Shown here one piece after another: positions 1 to 8,679 of a DNA stretch of 64,000 bases. This stretch comes from an uncultured Candidatus Saccharibacteria bacterium (GTDB lineage: Bacteria > Patescibacteriota > WWE3 > UBA101185 > 2-01-FULL-41-18). The notes under the pieces are model-generated. The model did no database searches and was not told where the DNA came from. It saw nothing but the letters and a program-made list of their open reading frames with translations. The first letter of the stretch is position 1; every line of letters begins with the position of its first letter. Location: NCBI GenBank assembly GCA_964636285.1, contig CAZWQF010000001.1:76908-140907 (forward strand). Direction: 5' to 3'. The position numbers and the translations under genes are program-made.

Positions 1-116
1 CAATCCTTAAATTCCATGTTGAGAGAGATGCTGACTTTGATAAGCAGATAGATATTAGGGATGTTTCAAAGGAGGGGCTTAGAGTTAATAGAAACCAAAA
101 AAAGAAGAATAGAATT

Positions 117-1169
117 TTGGCTTTGGTTGGGATGGTTGTGCTTGTATTAGCTTTAATAACTTCTTCCTACTTTGCATTTAGAAAAAACGATCAAGTCTCC
201 AAAAAAGAGGCCACACAAATTGCAGTTTCAAAATCAAAATCTGCAATTGATGAGGCTTCAAAACTTATAGGCACCGATGATGATAAAGCTAGAGCCCTTC
301 TAGCTGAAGCTAAAAAAGAGCTTGAGACTGCAAAAGCAGGCTTTTCAACTGCTGAGGTTGACGAGCTTTTAGCAAAAAGTAGCCAGAAACTAGATGAAGT
401 AAATAAGGTTAAAAAGCCTTCGGAAGACTCAGATGTTTTGTATGATTTTAGAGTAGAAGATAAAGACGCAAGCCCTTCGGAAATTGCCCTTTCCTCGGAC
501 TCAACAATTTTGGCGGTGGATTACTCAAGAAGTAAATTCTATAAATTTGCTTTTGGCGGGGCTGCAAGTGCATCCATTTTGGAGGCAACTCAAGCTGCAA
601 AACCAAAGTTTTTAAATGCTACTGAAAGTGGAGCTGTCTTTATGGGAGAAGATTATTTTTACAGTTTTGATGGTGGAAATAATAAGTTCTCAAGGCTAGA
701 AAAAAAGCCCGAGTTTTCACAAGCTGACGCTCTTGCTGCTTCTTCGTATATTGGAAATACTTATGCAATTGTTAAAAACACTATTCTAAAAAACAACACC
801 GAATGGTCGGGTACAGACTCTGCTTTGTCAGACTCAATTTCAATGACTGTGGATGGGGACATTTATATTCTTACAAAATCGGGGAGTGTCATTAAATACA
901 ATTCGGGAGTTAAAAAGACATTTGAGATTAAGGGTTTAGAAGTTGCCATGAAAGATCCAGTTCAGATTATTACGTCTCCTGATTTTAAGAATTTATATGT
1001 ACTTGATAAGGGAAATTCTAGGGTTGTAGCTATCAATAAAGAGGGTAAGCTCTCCGCCCAATACCCATTAAAAGGGGATTCTCAGGACTATAGAAGCATA
1101 ACAGTCACAAAAGACGAGAAAACTCTTTATGTACTTTCAGGCTCAAAACTATACAAAATCTCCCTCTAA
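117..1169 (+). CDS. Membrane-anchored beta-propeller-like (YVTN/NHL-like repeat) hypothetical protein. The reading frame is open back to nt 3, so the true start may lie upstream of the window; the tool start at 117 is TTG.
   Basis: ORF track. N-terminal basic stretch then a hydrophobic helix (LVGMVVLVLALITSSYFAF). Repeated 'LYVLD.GNSRVV' / 'LYVLSGSKLYKI' strand-like repeats typical of beta-propellers. No in-frame stop upstream to window edge. Confidence 0.5.
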   Translation: MALVGMVVLVLALITSSYFAFRKNDQVSKKEATQIAVSKSKSAIDEASKLIGTDDDKARALLAEAKKELETAKAGFSTAEVDELLAKSSQKLDEVNKVKKPSEDSDVLYDFRVEDKDASPSEIALSSDSTILAVDYSRSKFYKFAFGGAASASILEATQAAKPKFLNATESGAVFMGEDYFYSFDGGNNKFSRLEKKPEFSQADALAASSYIGNTYAIVKNTILKNNTEWSGTDSALSDSISMTVDGDIYILTKSGSVIKYNSGVKKTFEIKGLEVAMKDPVQIITSPDFKNLYVLDKGNSRVVAINKEGKLSAQYPLKGDSQDYRSITVTKDEKTLYVLSGSKLYKISL

Positions 1170-1188
1170 TGTTACAATATAGATTAGT

Positions 1189-1650
1189 ATGGCAAGTTTG
1201 GCTTTCAACAGAAAAGCGCTTCATGAGTATGAAGTTGTAGATAAATATAAGGCAGGAGTAGTGCTTTACGGGCATGAAGTTAAGGCAGTGAGAGAGGGAA
1301 ACGCAAACTTTGTTGATAGCTATGTTAAATTTATTGATAACAAGCCAGTCATACTAAATCTACATATAGGTAGATACTCAAGACAAAGTGCTACAATTGG
1401 AGATCATGAGGAGACTAGAACCAGGCAACTTCTTTTAAATAAAAAGGAGATTGGACATCTTTTATCAAAGGTCAAAGAAAAAGGCCTTTCGATAGTACCT
1501 TTACAATTTATAACCGAACATGGACTGATTAAGCTTGAAATAGCTCTTGCAAAGGGAAAGCAGAATATAGATAAAAAGAAAGCGTTAAAAGATAAACAAC
1601 AAGAAAGAGAACTTAGGAAAGAGGAGAAAGAGCTAAGAAAATCTATTTAA
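1189..1650 (+). CDS. smpB: SsrA-binding protein SmpB
   Basis: 153 aa. N-terminus 'NRKALHEYEVVDKYKAGVVLYGHEVKAV' and a basic C-terminal tail are canonical SmpB. It sits immediately upstream of a tmRNA-like sequence. Confidence 0.9.
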   Translation: MASLAFNRKALHEYEVVDKYKAGVVLYGHEVKAVREGNANFVDSYVKFIDNKPVILNLHIGRYSRQSATIGDHEETRTRQLLLNKKEIGHLLSKVKEKGLSIVPLQFITEHGLIKLEIALAKGKQNIDKKKALKDKQQERELRKEEKELRKSI

Positions 1651-1653
1651 TAT

Positions 1654-2041
1654 GGGGATGCCAGGCTTTGATTAGAAGACCTTATGTTTGAGAGGCAGAT
1701 CAAGATGCTGATTCTTGTAAAACACAGCAAAACTACAAATGCCGAAGAAGCAGATGTATACGCACCGGTTTACGCCAGTGTAGCAGCCTAATTTATTAGA
1801 TTGCGGTTCTTATGACTCTTTCCTAGGTGAGATATAAGAGCTTTATTAAACTAGGGTGCGGGGTTTTTGTTTGAAAGGCCAGAAGCTCCAAGTGGTAAAG
1901 AGCCACAAACAATTACTTTCTTGAAAGGGTTTAGAAGGAATGTCTAGTCCTTCACCTTTGACAACTAACTTAGACTAAATCTGTAATCCCTTTTAGATAT
2001 GAACTTTTAAGACGAGGGTTCAACTCCCTCCATCTCCACCA
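1654..2041 (+). ncRNA. ssrA: tmRNA (ssrA), about 388 nt. The 5' GGGGAUG pairs with the 3' CAUCUCC acceptor stem, including a G3:U wobble. The 3' end has T-arm GGTTCAACTCC followed by ACCA. An internal tag reading frame lies at 1741-1788 and ends ...YASVAA-TAA.
   Basis: Read directly. 5' GGGGATGCC... at 1654. 3' ...GAGGGTTCAACTCCCTCCATCTCCACCA ending at 2041. Resume-codon ORF gcc gaa gaa gca gat gta tac gca ccg gtt tac gcc agt gta gca gcc taa = AEEADVYAPVYASVAA*. Adjacent to smpB. Confidence 0.85.
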
Positions 2042-2240
2042 TAAAATCACAACCTAATTTAATTGGTTACCCCAAAAGTACGATAAGCGTGCTTGAATAT
2101 TATTTTCATACTTATTCTCGAGTAATAAAAATAATTCCCAAACAAATACATGTAACCTATAGTTTCTTATTTTTCGAATATACGGTATCATTACGACACA
2201 AAATCACTGTGAGTTCGCACCTAAAGATGGAGGGATTGAC

Positions 2241-2933
2241 ATGCAGACCTTTGTAATCGGGATTGTGAACATCATGACTTGGGGGCCTTTGATTTGGTTC
2301 TTTGTCATGTTTGGTCCTCTTCAGCGCTCTTTGCTTGGCGGGCTTATTGGCCTCTTCACAAAGAAAAAGGAACTAAAGATTAGAATCGGGAGCACCAAAA
2401 TCAAGCGATTGCTTGGGCTGGTAGTCTTGAACTATGTAATAAGCTTCATTGGGGTGTGGCTGACTTCCATCCTGTTGAAGTACCTTAATGCTCCCACAAT
2501 CCCAGGCAATACAGGTGGCGTTTTGGCTCGAATTGAGGAGCTTGGGATCGGAATGGTCGAGTATTACTGGAGGTTGTTCTATCTGACAGCGCTGCGTGAG
2601 GAGATGATCTACCGCATAGTTCCGTTCCTGATCTTTTACCTTATTGTCAGGGTGTTTTTCTGGCAATACAAAGACGGTATGGCGGTTAGGGTTTCTCGGA
2701 TTGCGGTGCTTGTCCTAAGCTCCCTAATCTTTTCCATCGCACACTTAAGTCCAGATATTTCCCATGTGGCTACTACCTCCCTGCTCGTAGTCCTGCACTT
2801 TCTTTCTGGGCTCGTCTTCTGGTACACAATGGAGGAGGAAGGGGTTGTTTCTGTAGTAGCAGTTCACTACATTTACGATGTGTACGTGTTTGGAATTTCT
2901 CTGCTGATGGAAACTTTCCTGATCGGTGCCTAG
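2241..2933 (+). CDS. CPBP-family (CAAX protease / Abi) intramembrane glutamic endopeptidase
   Basis: Polytopic 230-aa protein carrying the three CPBP motifs: 'EEMIYR' (EExxxR), 'FSIAHL' (FxxxH) and 'HYIYDV' (HxxxD/N). Confidence 0.7.
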   Translation: MQTFVIGIVNIMTWGPLIWFFVMFGPLQRSLLGGLIGLFTKKKELKIRIGSTKIKRLLGLVVLNYVISFIGVWLTSILLKYLNAPTIPGNTGGVLARIEELGIGMVEYYWRLFYLTALREEMIYRIVPFLIFYLIVRVFFWQYKDGMAVRVSRIAVLVLSSLIFSIAHLSPDISHVATTSLLVVLHFLSGLVFWYTMEEEGVVSVVAVHYIYDVYVFGISLLMETFLIGA

Positions 2934-3031
2934 CAAGATGCATGGCGGGCGCAGTCACATAGCTTTTTAGCTGACTGCGCTCGCCTCTTCTGTTTTCTGT
3001 GACATTCTTTTACTCGTGATATCATAAATTT

Positions 3032-3493
3032 ATGAAGTACAATCCTTCTGGTGTTGGAGAAATAATCCTTGAAAATATAATTCTTGATCTAAACGGCACG
3101 CTTGCGGTTAACGGAGAACTTGTATCTGGTGTCCCAGAAAAAATTAGTATCCTTAAAAATCTTGGATTTAAAATATTTCTCTTTACGGGAGATCAAAGAG
3201 GTAATGCGTCTCTGCTTGCAGAAAGTCTTGGAATAGAGGTTAAAAAAGCTCTTTCGTCCGATCAAAAAGAAATGCTTACAAGGGAACTTGACATTGAAAG
3301 AACAGTTGCAATTGGGAATGCCAGAATTGATATCGGTACTTTTAAACCCTGTAAATTAAGAATTGCCACTCTACAGTCTGAAGGGATTCACTCAGAAATT
3401 TTGAAACACATAGATATTATTGTGCCATCGATAATAGACGCATTTAATCTTTTAATTGATCCTAATATTTTTAATGCAACAATGAGAAAATAA
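3032..3493 (+). CDS. Small HAD-superfamily protein resembling a soluble P-type ATPase C-terminal domain (COG4087-like)
   Basis: 153 aa. 'DLNGTLAVNG' (DxxGT HAD motif I), 'IFLFTGDQ', and a 'VAIGNARIDIG' degenerate GDGxND-like motif. Confidence 0.5.
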   Translation: MKYNPSGVGEIILENIILDLNGTLAVNGELVSGVPEKISILKNLGFKIFLFTGDQRGNASLLAESLGIEVKKALSSDQKEMLTRELDIERTVAIGNARIDIGTFKPCKLRIATLQSEGIHSEILKHIDIIVPSIIDAFNLLIDPNIFNATMRK

Positions 3494-3842
3494 GATATGG
3501 GTGAAGCCACTTTGTGGGGCCCTCGCTCGAGCATATAATTACACTATTTCCAAATCTAGTGTCTACAACATTTCCCCCCCCCATTCTTCAATGGAATTCT
3601 TTTCTCACTACAATACCGTCAAGGGAAGCGTACACTTCTGTTCCAGCAGGTAAGCTAGGTCTACTCCTGGGTGCTTGTTGTCAAAAAACGTATAAAAGTT
3701 TTTCTGCCCAGGTGGTTAGAATTATCAAAACCAGGGGGGCTGGTTAATTTTATAGTTTGTACTTACCGGATGATTTAATATCACATACGAGTTATGTAGA
3801 GATGATCGTATTGTTGCTTAGTAGAAAATATAAAGCAAAACG

Positions 3843-3890
3843 GGCACCCTCCAAATCTAAAAATCTGATCTGATGAGTGCCCGTTTCTTT
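3843..3890 (-). terminator. Hairpin (AACGGGCAC ... GTGCCCGTT, 9-bp stem with a long loop) followed on the minus strand by a T-rich run. Probable terminator for the degraded minus-strand gene upstream.
   Basis: Inverted repeat read directly at ~3843-3890. T-rich tract on the minus strand just 3' of it. Confidence 0.4.
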
Positions 3891-3907
3891 TGCTGCGTGG
3901 TTGCTGC

Positions 3908-4462
3908 TCAGCTCCGCCAGGTTACTATTGCGTTGATGGCGTTGTTGAGCACACTGTACTTTTTGGAGAAGTGTAGGTTGCTCGCCTGCATTGCTGGTCC
4001 CCTTGGCCTTTCAGGATCGAACAACAATTTCTCCACCACAATCTTTTTTGTGCAAAGAGCTTGTAGAACCTGAATAGGTCCCAGTCTCGCGAGCCCCATT
4101 GCTTCCGTTGTGGTCAGGGATAAGGCGGCTTCCAGTAACGGTCCGATTGTGGAAGGATTGTAAGCATCGGGGTTGAACTCTCCGCCATTTGCTTCACAAA
4201 GTCTCTCCAGGATGGTGTGGAAATCGCGCCATCATGCATTCCAGTTGTATGGCTCTGAAATGAGGTGCTGCACCATGTGTGGGGATTGGTACACGACCTC
4301 ATTCGAGTACATGCCTGAAGTAGCCAGCTCAGCCATCTTCTGGACTACCTTTTCGATCTGCTGAAAGGTGGTGAGAAGCATTTCGTACTTCCCATGCCTC
4401 GCCTCCAGGATCGCAACTGGCGATCGAGTCGCTTCTGAAAAGAAGAAGTACTGCGTATTCAT
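3908..4462 (-). pseudogene. GC-rich degraded gene. Three consecutive minus-strand ORFs (4232-4462, 4114-4302, 3908-4099) lie in three different frames, consistent with a frameshifted remnant. Product unknown.
   Basis: ORF track shows three abutting or overlapping minus ORFs in different frames. The region is visibly GC-richer than its flanks. A terminator-like hairpin follows downstream. Confidence 0.45.
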
Positions 4463-4582
4463 GTTTCCCCTTTCGTGGGTGTGTTAGGTTTGCTTTCACG
4501 TATTATAATATACTATAGGGTATATTTCAAATTAGTCCAAATTCGCCAAATTTATCAACGATTTGTGATGTAGAATATTTAC

Positions 4583-4906
4583 ATGCTGAGGGATAATCCA
4601 ATAATTCAAAAGCTCATATCACTAGATTTACCAAAAGATGATTTTGCAGTTTTTGGAAGTGGTCCAATGTTTGCTCACGGGATTAAAGATTTAGGTCATG
4701 ATCTTGATGTTGTTTTTGATGTAGATACTTGGCCAATGATAGATCCATTTTTGGAAATTGAAGGTCCAGATGACAATTCAGTAAAAGAATATTTTCAAAA
4801 ATTGGGTTTTGACTTTAATAAAGCTGTTTTTGGATCTTCAGATGTACTTTATAAGGACTTATATAATATAGACATTCTTAAGATGCCTAAACTCACATTT
4901 AATTGA
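4583..4906 (+). CDS. Minimal nucleotidyltransferase-fold protein (MNT-like, 107 aa)
   Basis: 'FAVFGSGPMFAHGIKDLGHDLDVVFDV' matches the Pol-beta-superfamily hG[GS]x9-13DhDh signature. Confidence 0.45.
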   Translation: MLRDNPIIQKLISLDLPKDDFAVFGSGPMFAHGIKDLGHDLDVVFDVDTWPMIDPFLEIEGPDDNSVKEYFQKLGFDFNKAVFGSSDVLYKDLYNIDILKMPKLTFN

Positions 4907-4925
4907 TTCCAAAATTTGTTTAGCT

Positions 4926-5648
4926 TTATCTTTCACAGATAAATAGCTCAGTCTTTGCGTATTCAAAAAACACTTTTCTTTCTACCTTAAAACCTCTTGC
5001 AACAAGATGCCTGTAAAGCACATCTGGCGTGTGTGTCTTTGGTGCTGACTTTAAAGTATGTGCTTCAACAATTATCTTTCTAATCTTATCTACAGTAGAC
5101 TTTTTCAACCCGTACAAAATCTCGTACTCAGAGCCTTCGTAATCAATCTTTAAAAAATCTATTGTCTTTAATCCATGCCTCTCAATTTGGTCTTCCAAAA
5201 TCACCGAATCCATAGCAACTGCCCTTTTATCAACCTTGTTAAGTTTTAGGTTTTTATTTAATTGCGCAAAGTTTTGTGGCTCCGGCTCGTACGAATAAAT
5301 AACTCCATTCGGATTTCTTCTAAGCCAAGCAACAGAAAAAGCCCCTATATTTGCTCCAATATCTATTGCAACAGTTTTTTCCTTTGATCTATTTATTCTA
5401 TATTCGTTTGAAATAAAGACTTTATTGGCTACGGCCACATCACCAGTTTTTGGCCGAATTAAAAAGCTTCCATATCCCCAGGTTTTTAAAACATAGTCTT
5501 TAATAAACGAAGGGTACAGATAATCCAAAAACATGTCCCACCAGTTTATATAAGTCAGAAGGCTTTGAAGCGCCCAGTTTTTGACAAAATATTTTGCTTT
5601 CTGCGTTGTTATTGCAGATTCGTTTGCATGAGGAGAGTTTTTAGGCAT
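4926..5648 (-). CDS. FkbM-family SAM-dependent methyltransferase
   Basis: 'VAIDIGANIGAFSVAW' glycine-rich SAM motif. The 'YSYEPEPQNFAQLNKNLKLNKV' block is typical of FkbM methyltransferases. Confidence 0.7.
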   Translation of the reverse strand: MPKNSPHANESAITTQKAKYFVKNWALQSLLTYINWWDMFLDYLYPSFIKDYVLKTWGYGSFLIRPKTGDVAVANKVFISNEYRINRSKEKTVAIDIGANIGAFSVAWLRRNPNGVIYSYEPEPQNFAQLNKNLKLNKVDKRAVAMDSVILEDQIERHGLKTIDFLKIDYEGSEYEILYGLKKSTVDKIRKIIVEAHTLKSAPKTHTPDVLYRHLVARGFKVERKVFFEYAKTELFICER

Positions 5649-5764
5649 AGTTCTATGCGAATATATATTTATTTTTATTGAGTGTAAAGAAAAGTAATTT
5701 GAAAGAAGCCCCTAGCCGATCTATACAATCGGCCAGGGGCCCTGCTTGCATGTGAGTCCCTTGT

Positions 5765-5992
5765 TTAAGGTGTAACACTTACTACAGCCAGGTTGTAGTG
5801 AGCTATGAGCTGTCTTACAAGTACTTCGTACTGGATCTTTTTCAGCTCGATCTCAAAGGTTTGGTCTCTTGAAATGACTGGAGCTTTGTTAGGTCTTTCA
5901 ACAATCTTTGCCCCACTTAGTCTGGACAGTTCCTGTTGAAGCTCATCAAGCCTTGGGCTCACTCTTGTGGGTACCCTAACTAGAAATATCAC
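5765..5992 (-). CDS. Small hypothetical protein (75 aa) in a GC-elevated segment. Possible partner of the upstream 110-aa ORF.
   Basis: ORF track. Tandem with 6017-6349 on the same strand, 24-nt gap. Confidence 0.4.
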   Translation of the reverse strand: MIFLVRVPTRVSPRLDELQQELSRLSGAKIVERPNKAPVISRDQTFEIELKKIQYEVLVRQLIAHYNLAVVSVTP

Positions 5993-6016
5993 ATTTCCTC
6001 CTATTACCGGATTTCC

Positions 6017-6349
6017 TTACTTTGCAGATTTTTCGTCAATCCACTGTCGATACTTTTGCATGAGGTCTTCCTGCATTGCAGAGTCTTTGATTTCTGCAAT
6101 ACCTGATGCTAACTCTGTTAGTTGATCTTCCGAGGGCATTCGTTTCTGCTTTTGCAACTCCCGGATTGCCTTCTTGAACCCTTCGTTGTCCAGTTTTCTA
6201 AGCACTTCACCCAATGGGCTGGTGTCTTTATTATGCTTACGCACATTATTAAAGTGTCTTATGTAAGCAGTTGGAAGAATTACCTGAAGCGCATACTCTT
6301 TGAATTCTCGCAGGATTTGCTCATAGGTCTTGATCATGTGAACCTCCAC
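6017..6349 (-). CDS. Small hypothetical protein (110 aa), charged and helical
   Basis: ORF track. GC-elevated relative to neighbours. Confidence 0.45.
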   Translation of the reverse strand: MEVHMIKTYEQILREFKEYALQVILPTAYIRHFNNVRKHNKDTSPLGEVLRKLDNEGFKKAIRELQKQKRMPSEDQLTELASGIAEIKDSAMQEDLMQKYRQWIDEKSAK

Positions 6350-6412
6350 CGATTTTGTGGGATTCTAGCCTAAAAGTTGTATTTCCACAAAACATGGGGG
6401 CATACTATCTAA

Positions 6413-7216
6413 ATGACGCAGACTATTGCAGGGGGTTTTATATCCGCACTGATAATTTTGTTTTTCCTTGCATTTTCTGTTTGGCTTTATGGAGTCTATA
6501 TAAATAACCAATTTTCTGTTCCGAATGCAGATCTTTCCAAATACAAAAAAGTTTTAGTTATATATCCTCACCCTGACGATGAAGCTTTTACAACTGGTGG
6601 GACCATCCAGCAGTTTAAAGCCCTTGGCGCAAATGTGACACTTTGCATTCTCACAAAAGGCGAAAAAGGAACAGACAACGCTTCCTTAAGCCAGCAGCTA
6701 AAAGAAATTCGAACAAAAGAGCTTGAAACGTCAGCAAAATTTCTTGGAGTTGATACTCTTATTCTTGAAGATTTTGGAGATGGGGAGCTTTCTAACAAAA
6801 AGACTGAAGTGGATCTATTTTTACACAATATTTTATCAGAGCAAAAACCTGATCTTGTAATTACTTATGATACTTCTGGGCTTTATGGGCATCCTGATCA
6901 CATAACTCTATCAGAGATTGTTACAAATCAGGTTGCACAGTATCCCCATACAAAACTCTGGTATGCTTCGTTTCCTAAAAGGCTTTATGAAAAGCTAGGT
7001 CTTCCAGAGCACATGGCAACTGACCCTTCTTTTAAAGACAAAAGAAATTATCCAAATATAAAAGTTTTTACAGCTCCTTTTATCTCAAGCAAAATGCAGG
7101 CAATTTACAGTCATAAAAGCCAACTCCCTTCGTTTGTAAAAGGACTTCCAGTAAAACAGCTTCCGCTTTGGTTTTATTACTCCATGCCCCTATACGAATT
7201 TTTCTACGAGGTTTAG
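6413..7216 (+). CDS. PIG-L / LmbE-family N-acetylglucosaminyl deacetylase, membrane anchored
   Basis: N-terminal TM helix. 'VLVIYPHPDDEAFTTGG' carries the HPDDE zinc-binding signature of PIG-L deacetylases. Confidence 0.75.
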   Translation: MTQTIAGGFISALIILFFLAFSVWLYGVYINNQFSVPNADLSKYKKVLVIYPHPDDEAFTTGGTIQQFKALGANVTLCILTKGEKGTDNASLSQQLKEIRTKELETSAKFLGVDTLILEDFGDGELSNKKTEVDLFLHNILSEQKPDLVITYDTSGLYGHPDHITLSEIVTNQVAQYPHTKLWYASFPKRLYEKLGLPEHMATDPSFKDKRNYPNIKVFTAPFISSKMQAIYSHKSQLPSFVKGLPVKQLPLWFYYSMPLYEFFYEV

Positions 7217-7233
7217 CCTGATATACTCAATGC

Positions 7234-8361
7234 ATGAGTTTAATCTTGGCAATTGAATCTTCATGTGACGAAACAGCTTGCGCCGTAGTAAAAGATGGGG
7301 TAGAGGTCATATCGCATACTTTGGCTTCCTCATCAGAAATGCACATGAAATGGGGAGGAGTTATCCCTGAAATTGCAGCAAGAAAACAACTTGAATCAGT
7401 AGTGCCTGTAATTGACTCATGCATGGAAAAAGCAAAGGAAAATGGTGTTACTAAAGAGGATTTAACATCAATAGCTGTTACTGCAGGACCTGGGTTGATT
7501 GGGTCATTAGTAATTGGAATTGCAGCCGCTAAAAGTCTTGCTTTAGCTTGGAACAAACCTTTAATTCCAGTAAACCATTTGGTTGGGCACATTTACGCAA
7601 ATTTTATTCAAGAACTTGATGGTACAAAGCTTCAGGACGGAAGAGTTCCGGAATTTCCCGCTATGGTAATGATAGTTAGCGGTGGGCACACTGACATTGT
7701 TGTAATGAAAAGTCATGGGGAGTTTGAGTACATAGGAGGGACGGTAGATGACGCAGCAGGGGAGGCTTTTGATAAGGCCGCAAGACTTCTTGGAATTTCG
7801 CCGTATTTAGGTGGCGTTAGGCTTTCTCAAAAAGCGAATGAATATAAGAATTCGGAATTATTTGGCAAAAGTGTAACACATCTTTTTAAGAGGCCTATGA
7901 TTGACTCAGGGGATTACGATTTTTCTTTTTCGGGCATCAAAACCGCTGTTTTAATGAAGGTTAAGGAGGAGCTTGGAATTGATGTTAAAACCAGTTTTTC
8001 TTCGTCACAAATTAAGTCTGAGGATTTATCACAAGGCTTTGTAAAAATGATTTCTTACGAGTTTGAGGAGGCGGTTACAGATGTACTATCTGAAAAACTT
8101 GTTAATGCTTCTTTTGAGTACAAAGTAAAGTCAATTTTGCTTGGTGGGGGAGTTTCGGCAAATTCGGTTTTAAGGGAAAAGGTAGCACAAAAAATTGAGC
8201 GGGTAGGCTTTGATCACAAACCGGAGCTTTTTGTTCCTCCAACTCAGCTTTGTACAGACAACGCAATTTATATTGCCTCCTGCGCACACTTTAACAACAA
8301 TCCAAAACCTCTTGAAAAGATTGACGTTATGCCGGGGCTCACCGTAATGGATAGGTTTTAG
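7234..8361 (+). CDS. tsaD: tRNA N6-adenosine threonylcarbamoyltransferase TsaD (Kae1/YgjD family), with an internal insertion
   Basis: 'MSLILAIESSCDETACAVV' N-terminus, a 'GGVIPEIAARKQ' block, 'SGGHT' and C-terminal 'GGGVSAN'. At 375 aa it is longer than typical. Confidence 0.85.
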   Translation: MSLILAIESSCDETACAVVKDGVEVISHTLASSSEMHMKWGGVIPEIAARKQLESVVPVIDSCMEKAKENGVTKEDLTSIAVTAGPGLIGSLVIGIAAAKSLALAWNKPLIPVNHLVGHIYANFIQELDGTKLQDGRVPEFPAMVMIVSGGHTDIVVMKSHGEFEYIGGTVDDAAGEAFDKAARLLGISPYLGGVRLSQKANEYKNSELFGKSVTHLFKRPMIDSGDYDFSFSGIKTAVLMKVKEELGIDVKTSFSSSQIKSEDLSQGFVKMISYEFEEAVTDVLSEKLVNASFEYKVKSILLGGGVSANSVLREKVAQKIERVGFDHKPELFVPPTQLCTDNAIYIASCAHFNNNPKPLEKIDVMPGLTVMDRF

Positions 8362-8386
8362 CCTGTATGGTATAAAATGGATAGAT

Positions 8387-8671
8387 ATGAAAATGAACGA
8401 AAGCTTCAAAGCGTTTGTAAAAGAAAATTGGATGCTCTTTGCGGCAGTGATTTACATACTGCTTCCCATAGATTTTATCCCAGACTTTTTGCCAGCTTTA
8501 GGTCTTACTGACGATCTTGGGGCTTTAGTTGTGGCTTTGCTTGTAAGATATGTTCAACACAGAAAAACGTTTGGAAAAACTAGCAACACCAAAAGTAAAA
8601 ATAACAACTCAGAGGGGCCGTTTAAATCAAAAACAAAAATAGTAGATGGAGAGCTTGTTGAGGAAAAATAA
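8387..8671 (+). CDS. DUF1232 (YkvA-like) small membrane protein
   Basis: 'YILLPIDFIPDFLPALGLTDDLGALVVAL' is the DUF1232 signature. Confidence 0.6.
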   Translation: MKMNESFKAFVKENWMLFAAVIYILLPIDFIPDFLPALGLTDDLGALVVALLVRYVQHRKTFGKTSNTKSKNNNSEGPFKSKTKIVDGELVEEK

Positions 8672-8679
8672 AACCGATT

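Noticed and set aside
2225-2241. Inverted near-copy (ATGGAGGGATTGA) of the tmRNA 3' end segment TCAACTCCCTCCAT, 190 nt downstream of ssrA, as a possible att site remnant
   Set aside because: Only ~12/13 nt, inverted rather than direct, and it overlaps the RBS/start of the CPBP gene. Most likely coincidence (it doubles as a GGAGG Shine-Dalgarno).
2373-2958. Four minus-strand ORFs overlapping the CPBP protease gene
   Set aside because: Antisense to a motif-supported membrane protease. No RBS or motif support. Shadow ORFs.
3514-4073. Plus-strand ORFs 3514-3747 and 3873-4073
   Set aside because: Low-complexity or Cys-rich translations in a GC-rich region where the minus strand carries the better (though degraded) coding signal and a terminator. 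Treated as chance ORFs.
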